Source of the DNA: the human T2T-CHM13v2.0 reference genome, Homo sapiens
DNA: 64,000 nucleotides
Assembly (NCBI RefSeq): GCF_009914755.1
Contig: NC_060939.1
Strand: one strand, 5' to 3'
Positions within the stretch are counted from its first letter, which is position 1, and the number at the start of each line of letters is the position of its first letter. Made by a program: the position numbers and the translations under genes. The notes below the pieces were generated by a model. The model saw only the letters and a list, made by a program, of their open reading frames with translations, was not told the origin of the DNA and did not search any database. Shown here one piece after another: positions 43,971-63,319 of this stretch.

Positions 43971-44728
43971 CCTTCCAACTTATTTTTTCACCTCTGGGTT
44001 GCCATGATTTGGGTTTTAATTTAATTTTTTTTTGATCACTGAAGTGCAGGACGTTTGTCTAGCCCTTGCTGTTCCTGAACGGGTTATCTAGGGAAGCTTG
44101 TAACCGAGCCGAATTTCATAGATCAGAGGAGCAAATGACTTCATTACGCATATGCTTTGCTGTATTAATGACTGTCTGCACGATTTAGGATTTAGGCTGT
44201 CTCTGGGTTTTTGATGAAGGGCTGTGGAATTGAAGTGGAATTTGTCGTTTCTATGAAAGGGACATGTTGTCATGTCTATGGCAAGTATTCAAGCAAAATG
44301 AGCACCAATAAATTTGAAACCGATTAATCAACCTGGACAATAAGCCAGAATTTCCATTTTCTGGAAATTTTCATCCAAGTTGGGTGAATGTGGCCTAAAT
44401 TACCCTTTAATGAATGATTGGGTCTCTTTTGTGTAAAGCTGGGCCCTGTGTGCTGTTCTAGAGAAATGCCAACCCAATCTCCTACATTATTCAAACCCCC
44501 CGCCCCCCAACCCCAGCAGGTGAGGTCACCCCAGTTAACTCATGCTGAATTCTCAGTAAGGTCCAAATGCTCTTTGGGGACAGAGGATGCACGGATGAAT
44601 AAGACACTCTTCGTACCTAAAGCAGTAACTCACTGAAAGACAATGACCAATAACTAAAATTCGATTTGATAAGTGCTATATAATATGGGGGAAGAATACA
44701 CATGAGAAATCTCATATGTGTACTTTCA

Positions 44729-45067
<339 letters not shown>

Positions 45068-45172
45068 GGAGAGGTTTAAATGCTTCGAAACACTCTTGTC
45101 TTTTACAAAGGAGCTAAGAAATCATTTGTTTAACAAATGTTTATTGAACCCCATTTTTGTGGCAGGTACTGT

Positions 45173-45329
45173 TTTATTTTCTTTTCTCCCCCGAGACGGA
45201 GTCTTGTTCTGTTGCCCAGGCTGGAGTGCAGTGGCGTGATCTCAGCTCACTCTGTCTCCCGGGTTCAAGTGATTCTCCTGCCTCAGCCTCCTAAGTAGCT
45301 GGGATTACAGGCGCCCACCACCACACCAG
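45173..45329 (-). mobile_element. Alu right monomer
   Basis: gagacggagtcttg...caccaccacaccag; left monomer absent. Confidence 0.9.
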
Positions 45330-45578
45330 TGTACTACCCAGTGTACTCTTCTACTCTTGCTTACAGTAGAGGAGACATCTGTCTTGCATGTAGGATAATT
45401 CCATCCCTTCCCACCACCCACCCCAAAGATCCACTTGATGACATCTTGGACACTCAAAGCCATCTTAAATTCTACATGCCTAAAATGTACCTCGTAACTA
45501 TCCCTCCTACATCTGATTATCCTGCATTTTTCCCACTCTCAGGAATGACCTTGCCTTTCATCTGGATGTACTCACAAG

Positions 45579-45819
45579 CATGGTGGAAGGCAAGGAGGAG
45601 CAAGTCACACCTTACATAGATGGCAGCAGACAAAGAGAGAACTCGTGTAGGGAAACTCCCATTTTTAAAACCACCAGATCTCATGAGACTTATTCACCAA
45701 CATGAGAACAGCATGGGAAAGACCTGCCCCCATGATTCAATTACCTTGCACCGGGTCTTTCCCACAACACATAGGAATTCAAGATGAGATTTAGGTGGGG
45801 AAATAGTCAAATCGTATCA
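45579..45819 (-). mobile_element. THE1-type MaLR LTR, partial
   Basis: catggtggaaggcaaggaggagcaagtcac...catgagaacagcatgggaaagacctgcccccatgattcaattacc...gtatca. Confidence 0.85.
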
Positions 45820-45849
45820 CCCATGTTTCAGGGAAGTAATAAAAGGAAA

Positions 45850-46280
45850 GAGCTGTTGTAAAAGTATAAGGAATGGAGTCCAAGGAAGTAAGAAACAGTC
45901 AAAGTCAAAGTGGTTACACTTGAAATGGAGAAAGATCATGTGTAATGGTTAGAGAGAACATGGCTAAATTAGTAAGCCAGTGATGGCTTGGGCCAGGGAT
46001 GGTCAATGACGGGAGTGAATGAAGTGAAGTAGAAAGGAGGTCATTGGAGATGAACAGCTTACGATGTTGAGTGCTCAGACTCTTGGATAGTCTTCCACAC
46101 ACAGACTGGATTAACTCAAGATGACAGCAGGACTGGCAATGAAAAGGAAGACTGCCAGTCATGTGCTGTTATTTTTGAAGACAGGGAGTGGCGAACAGGT
46201 CTCTCAGTGGCAGCAGCAAATAGGGAGGAATGCGGCATAAGGAAAAGGCAGGATATTCAAGAAAGGGGGGCGTAAGGCAG
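45850..46280 (-). mobile_element. L2 internal fragment
   Basis: Purine-rich degenerate L2 antisense sequence. Confidence 0.4.
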
Positions 46281-46424
46281 ATGAATGATAAGTTGAAAAC
46301 ATTTTATCTCTTCTGCTGCCCTCTTCCTGCCTCCACCAGATTCTGTCCCTGAGAAAATCAATAACATATGTAAATATTTGCATCTTTGAAGTATTTCAGG
46401 AAAAATTTTTCGTCATCATTTTTT

Positions 46425-53041
<6,617 letters not shown>

Positions 53042-53556
53042 TGTCTTCATATTTTATTTTCGAAGACTGACAGACGTCATTGAACGGTTAGTTCTCAAAA
53101 GAATTACGTCAATTATGTAAACTGAAGGGACTGACAAACAGCATTGGATAAATACCATAACCTTTGTATTTTATATTAAATGGAAATTTGTAAGTGGGAT
53201 TTTTGCTTGGAATGTGACTCCTTTCTTACGTTATCAGTTCCATTTCAACAACTTTTCTAATCCTTCAAAATCTCGCCTTCCCGTGAATACATATGAGATA
53301 CCTCTTTCCCACCATGGCTGCTCATCTCTTAGTCTTGTATCTTGTTATATCTTATTTGTTACATATTCTTGTATTTATTTGTTATATAAAGGAGATCCAC
53401 ATTGTGAATTAATGAACTCAGTGTTATGCCAAATTTTACTATTCATAGCACATTTTTCATGTTTCTGGTAGATATTTTTAAGTAACTTGATATAATAGAT
53501 TAAAATGTATATATTTCAAAAGAGAAAAGGAACAGTAAGAAATAAGATAGAGGAGG

Positions 53557-55086
53557 GCCTTTGACAAGATGGCGGCAGGAGGCAGTGGCGTTGGTGGGAA
53601 GCACAGCTCGAAAAGCGATAACGATTCTGGTTTCCTGGGGCTGCGGCCCATTTCGGCGGACCCAGCGCTGAGGCGGCGGCGGCGGCGAGGCCCAAGAAAT
53701 AAGAAGTGGGACTGGCGGAGGCTTGCGCAGGAGCCGCTGGGGCTGGAGGTTGACCAGTTCCTGGAAGACGTGCGGCTACAGGGGCGCATGAGCGGTGGCT
53801 TGTTGAGAGAGGCCCCAAATGAAAAACTCTTCTTCGTGGACACCGGCTCCAAGGAAAAAGGGCTAAGAAGAGAACCAAAGTCCAGAAGAAGTCACTGCTT
53901 CTCAAGAAACCCCTTCGGGTTGACCTCATCCTCGAGACACATCCAAAGTCCCTGCCCCCAAAGACGTCCTCGCCCACCAGGTCCCGAACGCCAAGAAGCT
54001 CAGGCGGAAGGAGCAGCTATGGGAGAATCTGGCCAAGCAGGGCGAGCTGCCCCGGGAGGTGCGCAGGGCCCAGGCCCGGCTCCTCAACCCTCCCACAGCC
54101 GGGGCCAAGCCCGGGCCCCAGGACACCGTGGAGCGGCCCTTCTACGAACTCTGGGCCTCAGACAACCCCCTGGACTGGCCATTGTTTGGCCAGGATGAGT
54201 TTTTCCTGGAGCAGACCAAGAAGAAAGGAGTGAAGCGGCCACCACGCCTGCACACCAAGCCGTCCCAGGCACCCGCCGTGGAGGTGGCGCCTGCCGGAGC
54301 TTCCTACAACCCGTACTTTGAAGACCACCAGACCCTGCTCTCAGCGGCCCACGAGGTGGAGTTGCAGCGGCAGAAGGAGGCGGAGAAGCTGGAGCGGCAG
54401 CTGGCCCTGCCCGCCACAGAGCAGGCCGCCACCCAGGAGTCCACGTTCCAGGTAGCCGTGCGAGGGGCTGCTGGAGGAGTCAGAGGGTCCGGGGGAGCCA
54501 GGCCAGGGCGAGGGGCCGGAGGCTGGGGATGCCGAGGTCTGTCCCACGCCCGCCCGCCTGGCCGCCACAGAGAAGGAGACGGAGCAGCAGCGGCGGCGGG
54601 AGAAGGCTGCGCGCAGGCTGCGGGTACAGCAGGCCGCGTTGCGGACTGCCAGGCTCCGGCCCCGGCACCGGGAGGTGTTCCTGCTGCGCGGGATCAAGGC
54701 CCAGGTGGCCCTGAGGCTGGCGGAGCTGGCGCGGCGGCGGAGGCAGCGGCAGGCACGGCGGAAGGCCGAGGCTGACAAGCCCCGAAGGCTGGGGCGGCTC
54801 AAGTACCAGGCACCTGACATCGACGTGCAGCTGAGCTCGGAGCTGGCTGACTCGCTCAGGACCCTGAAGCCCGAGGGCAACATCCTTCGAGGCCGGTTCA
54901 AGAGCTTCCAGAGGAGGAATATGATCCAGCCTCGACAGAGAGCCAAGTTCAAACCCAGGTACAAGGTGAAGCTGGGGGAGAAGCGGGCGTTCCGCGAGAT
55001 CCAGTTGTAGCTCCCATCAGAGGCCGGAGCCTCGCCTTTCAATAAAAAGTCCCTTCTAGCTAAAAAAAAAAAAAAAAAAAAAAAAA
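53557..55086 (+). pseudogene. NOP53: Processed pseudogene (full-length retrocopy) of NOP53/GLTSCR2/PICT1 ribosome biogenesis factor
   Basis: Translations match NOP53 from [11 protein letters not shown] (ATG 53569) to KRAFREIQL* (TAG ends 55010) with no introns; frameshifts near 53864 (-4), 53937 (-1) and 54453 (+1) relative to the recalled parent; AATAAA 55041, A25 tail 55062-55086, TSD agaggagg (53549-53556 and 55086-55093). Confidence 0.97.
55041..55046 (+). terminator. Polyadenylation signal of the retrocopy
   Basis: AATAAA 15 nt upstream of the genomic A tail. Confidence 0.85.
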
Positions 55087-55111
55087 GAGGAGGAAGAATT
55101 GCAAATAAAAT

Positions 55112-55270
55112 GGCAGGCATAGTTCTAAGTGCTTTACATATGTATTCACAGTAAACCTTCGAAAATAATACTATTATTGGCTTCATTCACATGAGGAAAC
55201 TGAGGCTCAGAGAGAAAAGTTAGGCAACTTTTCTGGATTAAATGGTTAAGTGGCAGAAACAAATATAAAC
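55112..55270 (-). mobile_element. MIR
   Basis: caggcatagttctaagtgctttacata...atgaggaaactgaggctcagagag. Confidence 0.8.
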
Positions 55271-55737
55271 TAATAAAATCCAATTTTAGATGCAGTATAA
55301 CCCTGCTGTCCAGTTATACAGATAGGTAGAATTGGTGAGATTGAGGAATTATCAATAGAAAACAAAGTAAAGAGAATCACAGAGAAAAATAAGGCAGGAG
55401 AGGCAGAGAACAAGTTAGACGCCTAGAATATAAGAATAGAACATGTTGGAAAACCTGTAGATTTAGGGATAAGAGAGACCTTGGTTGACATGAAAATTAA
55501 ATGACTTAGCTGAAGGAAAATTAATTATCCAATTAATGCTTGTTTCTTCCTTTCTTTCTGAATTGTTAGGTGAATTATCCTTGCCATACTATGTACATTT
55601 TCTTCCTTGAGGAGAAATCTCCTCATCTCAACTGTATTGTGCTGAGAAATATAGAGCCAGAATGCTAATGCAGAGGTGAATGATCCATTTACAATCTGCA
55701 CCAAGTGTGCATGCTTTTGTGTTTGTTCATATGCCTC

Positions 55738-55769
55738 TGTGTGTGTGTGTGTGTGTGCGCGCGCACATG
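55738..55769. repeat. (TG)10(CG)3(CA)2TG alternating purine-pyrimidine microsatellite
   Basis: Counted directly. Confidence 0.9.
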
Positions 55770-58572
55770 GGTGAGCGTGTGTGTGTTGATGGGATGGGGG
55801 GTTATGCTTCCATCCCTTTATTTAGGACAGTTCTTTTCTCAGGTGAAAATATACTGAGTGGATAGAAATCTCCTCTCATTATTTCTGTGTATCATTGCTC
55901 TTCTGTCTCAGAGGCTCATCTAGGGATAGAACTGTTGTTGACCAATATTCTTCTTTGAACTCTGCATCTACTTTTGTATGTTTTTGAATACAGCAGTAGG
56001 AAAGTGAAGTTGGAAAAACAAAAGTTCATAGTTTTCTGCTTTCATACTCCTAATTTGAGCTCACTAGGTTTTTGTTTTGTTTTTCACTAAATCTGAATTA
56101 AACAGAATCGCTAGGTTTTTCTTATTGTTTCACAAGACCTGTACAGCATTAGAGTTAAACACAATCACCAACATTAACTTATTACCCAGTGAAAACGTTT
56201 CTGTGTTTAACATTCCAGATAGACATCACCAAGTCCTAGATTGATAGGAAACCTGGGAGTCGTCTGGGCCAACCTCCTGTCTGAGGCTGGATTCCCGAGA
56301 CTCATCAAAAGGACTCGCTATTTTACAAGACAGACCACCTCATCAATAAAGAGTTTCACTTCAAATCCAAGAATGTGAAGAATTTAAAGGGATTTCAGTA
56401 GTCATCAAGCATTCCCTATCCTTTTCATAAGATCTCTGGCACTCATCATGCATTCTACTTGAATTTTTTCAATAATAGGACACTCACTAATGTGTGAGAC
56501 AAGCCTAGTATTTCTATAAGTTTCTCCCATCTCTGAAAACTGTTCTTATGACCTCTTCCCACACCTAAAAATCTCTTCTCTGAAGACCATGTGTTACTCA
56601 TTTTATTAACCATTTCTCTTTCAATATTGTTTTAAGATCTCTCATTGTCTAAATTGTCATTCTCTGCATGATTTATGTAAGGTATAGAAAAAGGAATTTG
56701 GCACAGTAAATACCTCAGGTGTGTTTGACAAATACCACGTAAGAACACGGGGTGGAGAGTTAGGGCTCATCTACTCACCAGCTGTACAGCTTTAAAATGA
56801 TCACTTAGTCACTTTCAAATACAGAGCATTCTTTGGGGTTGTTCTGGGGCACAATTTAGCCAAAACATTCAAGAATATCACTGTTAAGTCTCTTAATATA
56901 GATATTCAAGTTTTTAAAACACAGCCAAAATGTGTGTGATTCATTTGTTTGGCTGCTGATGTTGTGTGTTTGGTTTCATTTTGTATTCACTGAAACTGCA
57001 GGCTCACATGATACTTCCAGGTAACCAAAGCCTTGGATTTTTTTTAATTCACCTTTTCAGATTAACATGAAGCAAATTTCACTCTTTTTGATGTGCATTA
57101 ATAACCACTAACTCAATCAGGATATTAAAGAGTCTGTCACCATCCCCATTCCCCTGTGCCACTCTAGAGTGAACACCCCACCCTCCACCCTCTACCTGGC
57201 AGTTCCTGGCAACCACTGATGTATTATTTTCCTGTAAATTTGCCTTTTCTGGAATGTCATATGAATGGAATCATGCAATATGTAGCTTGTGTCCAGGTCT
57301 TGGCAACTTTGGTAAAGTTGCTATAACCATTGTGTACACACTTTATGTAAGCATAGATTTTATTTCTTTATGGTAAATGCCACAGAACAGTTGCTAAGTA
57401 ATATATGCTTAGCTGAATAAAAAACTCAAACTATTCTCCAAAGTGACAGTATCATTCTGCATTCTGCATTCCCACAAGCACATATGAAGAGATATTCTAT
57501 GTAACTCCTTATTATTATTTTAATATTCATGAGATGAGTGCAATGACCTCTTTTATTCCTGTTGTTGGTAATTTATGTCTTTTCTCTTTTTGTTAGGGTA
57601 GGTTGGCAAAAGTTTGATACATTTTGTTGATATTTTCAACGAAACTGCTTTTAGATTTATTTTCTCCATTGTCTTTCTTTTTTTAGTTTTATTGATATCT
57701 TCTCTACTGCTTCTTATTTCCTTTTTTAATGCTTTTTCTAGGTTTAGTTTGCTCTTTATTCTTTAACTTCCTGAGGTGGAAGCTTACATTATTGATTTTT
57801 AGATATTTCCTTTTTCCTCTTATGTGCTTTTAGCGCTTTACATTTCCCTCTAAGCATTTCTTCCGCTGCTCCCCACAGATTTTGAGAAGCTATACTTTTA
57901 TTTTCATGTATTTTACAAATATTTTAAAATTTATCTTTAAACTTCTTATTTGACTCATGGGTTATTTAGAATTTTTATTAATATCAAAAGACATGGGGAT
58001 TTTACAGCTATCTTTCTGTTACTAATTTCTTGTTTGAATCCATTGTGTTCAGAGAATGTATTTTGGTTTCCATTCTTTGATATTTGTCAATGTATGTTTT
58101 ATGGCTAAAGGTGTGGTCTATTTTCATAAATCTTCTATGTGCTCTCACGATTATGATGTATTCGTCTGTCATTGAATGGAGTGTTCCATAAGTTACAATT
58201 AGATCAAATTGATAAGAATGCTGTTCAGGTCTTCTATATCTTTACTAATAATCTGCCTCCTTGATCTACCAATTATTGAGAGATGGGTGTTAAAGTCTAC
58301 AAATATAAACGTTGAATTCTCTATTTGTCCTCTAAGTTATGTCAGTTTTTGCCTATTACATTTTAATTAACTGTTGTTAGAAGCATAAAAGTTTAGGATT
58401 GTTATATCTTCTAGAAGAATTTACCATTTTATCATCATGCAATGTCCCTCTTTATCCCTAATCACATGACTTGTTCTAAAGTACTTGTTCTTTGTTTGAA
58501 ATTAATATATCTACTCCTACCTTTGTTTGATTAGTGTTAGCATGTTATTTCTTTTTATGTCCTTTTACTTTT

Positions 58573-59855
<1,283 letters not shown>

Positions 59856-61316
59856 TGTCATTTTACTTTTAGCTTATGTGAACTTTTATATTTAGAGTCA
59901 GTTTCTAGTAGATACCATATTGTTTTGTTTTGTTTTGTTTAATCCGACTGACAATCTCTTTCTTTTATCTGGTGTGTTTAGACAAATTCACATTTAAAGT
60001 GATTATCGATATAGTTGAATTAAAGTTTAACATCTTTTTAACTGTTTTCCATCTGTTACTTTTGTTCTTTGCTTTTTCTTCTTCACTATACCTCTGTGCT
60101 TTTCTTGCATTCTCTGGTTTTAATTAAAAAGTTTTTATAATTCCAATTTATCTCATTTCCTGACATATTATCTGCACATTTTTCCCCAACGTTTTAAGTT
60201 GTTGCTCTGTAGTTTGTAATTTATATTTTTCACTAATCTAAGTCCACCTTCAAATTAAAATTATATCACTTTACATTTAGTATAGGTACCTATAAAAAGT
60301 ATTACAATTTTGTTTCTTATTCCTTGTGATGTTGCTGTGATTTATTTTAGTTATCCATATTCTTTAAACACTTAAACACGTTTTTACTATTATTGCTTTA
60401 AAGAGCAGTTGGTTGTCTTTTAGATCAATTAAGAAAATAAAATAATTTATTTTACTTTTATTCATTTTCTAACCCTCTTCCTTATTTTTATTTTATGTAG
60501 ATACAATCTAATCAATATCATTTTTCTCCTACCTGAAGAACATTTCTGTTTTTTAACTTTCTGTGACACATGTCTACTAGTAAGGAATTTCCTCATTTTT
60601 TGGTTGCCTGAGAAAGTCTTTATTATTCTTCACTTTTTGAGGATAATTTTACTGGGCATAATTCTAGGTTGGCAGAATATTTTTTTTCTTTTTTCTTTCA
60701 ACACTTTATATGTTTCACTTTACTTTATTTCTACCTGTATAATTTCTGATGAAAAGTTGCCCAAATTTGTATTGTTGTTGTTCTGTGGGCAAGGTTTTTG
60801 CTTCTCTGGTTTTCTTCAAGATTATCACTTTGTCTTTGGTTTTCTACAGTTTAATATCATATGCGTAGGTATGGAGTTTTTGGTGTTTCTCCTTGTTAGT
60901 ATTCTCTGAACTTCTTAGACCCAAAGTTTGGTGTCTGTCATTAAGTTTTTACAGTTTTTGGCTATTATTTCTTGAAAAATTGTTTTTTCCTGCACTCTCA
61001 TTTCTTTCTAACATTTCAATTGTACATATGTTACACCTTTTACTATTGTTCTGTAATTCTTAGATGCTCTGTACTGTTTTTATTTCTTTGTGTTTCAGTT
61101 TGGAAAGTTTCTATTAATCTATCTTCAAGTTAAATGATTATTTCATGATGGTCAGTTGTACTAATGAGCCTATTAATGGTATTCTTCATTTCTGATGCTG
61201 TTTTTAAAATTTCTAGCATCTCTTTTTGATTCTTTCTTAGAGTTGTCATCTAGCTTCTTACATTACTCATCTGGGCTTTTATGTTGCCTAATTTTTCCAT
61301 TAGATCCTTTAAAATA

Positions 61317-61686
61317 TAATATGAATTAAATGTTTGTCCTCTGTAAAACTTATGATGAAATTTAATTGTCACTGTAGTAGTATTAAGAGGTGGGACCTTT
61401 AAGAGATGATCAGGCCATGAGGGCTCCACTCTTGTGGGTGGGTTTAATAACTTATTTCTTAGCTCTTCTGTCTCCTGCTATATGAAAATTCAACATTTCT
61501 CTTCTTCAAAGGATGCACCATGCATGGTGCTATCTTGGAAGAAGAGAATGGCCTCACCAGACACTGAGTCTGCTGGAGCTTGACCTTGGGCTTCCCACCC
61601 TCCAGAACTGTGAGTCCATAAATTTCTGTTTATAGATTATACAGTCTCAGATATTCTGTTATAGTAACACAAAATTAACAAAGACA
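61317..61686 (+). mobile_element. MaLR solo LTR (MSTC/D-like)
   Basis: agtattaagaggtgggacctttaagag...cctcaccagacac...ctccagaactgtgag...aagaca. Confidence 0.8.
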
Positions 61687-61688
61687 AC

Positions 61689-62109
61689 TGTGTTAGGCCA
61701 TTCTTGCATTGCTATGAAGGAATACCTGAGATTGGTAATTTATTTAAAGAAAAGAAGTTTGATTGGCTTACAGTTCTTCAGGCTGTACAAGCATGGCTCC
61801 AGCATCTGCTTCTGCTGAGGGCATCAGGAAGCTTACAATCATGGTGGAAGGTAAAGGGAGAGCAGGCAATGTCACGTAGCTAGAGAGAGAGCTAGAGGTG
61901 GGGCGGGGTAGTGCCACACTCTTTTAAACAACCAGATTTTGCATGAACTACCAGAGCAAGGACTCACTCATCACCAAGGGGATGGCACTAAGCCGTTCAT
62001 GAGGGATCCGCTACCATGATCCAAACACCTCCCACCGGGCTCCACTTCCAACATTGGGTATTACAATTCAGCATGGGATTTGGAGGGGACAAACGTACAC
62101 ACTTTATCA
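61689..62109 (-). mobile_element. MaLR solo LTR (MSTA/B-like)
   Basis: tgtgttaggccattcttgcattgctatgaaggaatacctgag...ttcatgagggatcc...ctttatca. Confidence 0.88.
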
Positions 62110-63319
62110 ATAATGTATTAATCATCGTTATTTTAAGTTCCTGGTCTGATAATACCAATATCTGAGTCGTCCCTGAGTCTGATTATGACGACTGCTTTAT
62201 CTCCTTGGCCTATGTTTTTCTTCCTTTTTGACATACATTGTGATTTTTCTTCTTGTTGAAATTTACTGGGTAACGGAAACTAAGATAGACAGGCTTTTAG
62301 TGTGAAGATTTATTTTAATCTAGCTTGGAAGTGGATAGTGTTTAATGTTGTAGCTATAGGCACAAAAAGCTTCTAGCTCATGTTGTGTTTTTGTTGTAAT
62401 CTCCTCTTGGCTTTGTGGCTTCTTTTCATATTGCTCCTCAGAGTCTGTATCTTGCAGCACTTCCTGTAGTAATTTACTGTTGTTACTCCTGGAGGGTTGT
62501 TAATGGGGTGGTAGAGTGTAGAGGAGAAAGCTAGTTCTCTAATATTCTTAGTAAGCCTTAGTCTTTTAATGGGTCTGTTTCTCAAAAGTATGGATTTCAG
62601 CAGTGTTTTTGTCCCACCTTTTGGGGTAGAGATTCCCCTTGCTATTGCCTCTTAGTCTATTACCCAGCTATTCCATTCCCAGCCTATATATTTGACCTGT
62701 GTCCTCTGTAAATTATGGTTCTTATGTACTTGATTTTCCTTAGGCATAACAGAAAGGCTGGTGCAGGCTGGAGTGGAGCAGAGATCACCTCCCTCAGCTA
62801 GGATAAGGTCTCAGAATTGCCCTCTAAAAAGTTCTTCCCCATGGAAACCAGGCCTTTGTTAGGTACAAGAGTCTGGAAGGGCTTAACTATCTCTCCTCTT
62901 CCTCTTTTCTTGCCAGGGTCACATGGGGAGCTTTCTCCTGTCTCCACCGTGAAAATTTGGTGGGGTTCCTGGAGGGAAAGCCCACAAAAGTTTACAGTCT
63001 TACCTATGACTGTGGCCCTCAGGAGCTTATCCTTCTCATACTAATGTGCACTTAATCTCCAGCCATTCATCAGAATAATCATTTAGTTGTTTCTACAGGT
63101 TTGTTTTGCCCCAAGTAAGAAGATCCTGAGTCCTGTATATCTCTGAATGGGCCTAACACTCCAGATTTCATGGTGGTAGTCTGTCCTGCAACCTCATCTC
63201 TCTGATGGAGCCAAGAAATGTCATTGGCTTCAGGTTTCTTCTAGTTTTTACTTATTATGAGGGCAGGAGTCATAACTTTTAAGCCTTTGATATGTCAAAG
63301 CTAAAACTGGAAGTCTTCT

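Noticed and set aside
53558-53568. Splice acceptor (cctttgacaag|ATG) linking the CpG island to the retrocopy
   Set aside because: The pyrimidine tract is only 5 nt, the upstream sequence is purine-rich, and the sequence is just the parental 5'UTR.
54059-55010. 238-aa and 123-aa ORFs as a functional NOP53 paralogue
   Set aside because: They are frameshift-separated pieces of the pseudogene starting at GTG/TTG codons; no single frame encodes the full protein.
54341-55186. 281-aa antisense ORF over the retrocopy
   Set aside because: It starts in a MIR, reads through the poly-T (FFFFFFF) and mirrors GC-rich NOP53 codons, where stops are rare by composition.
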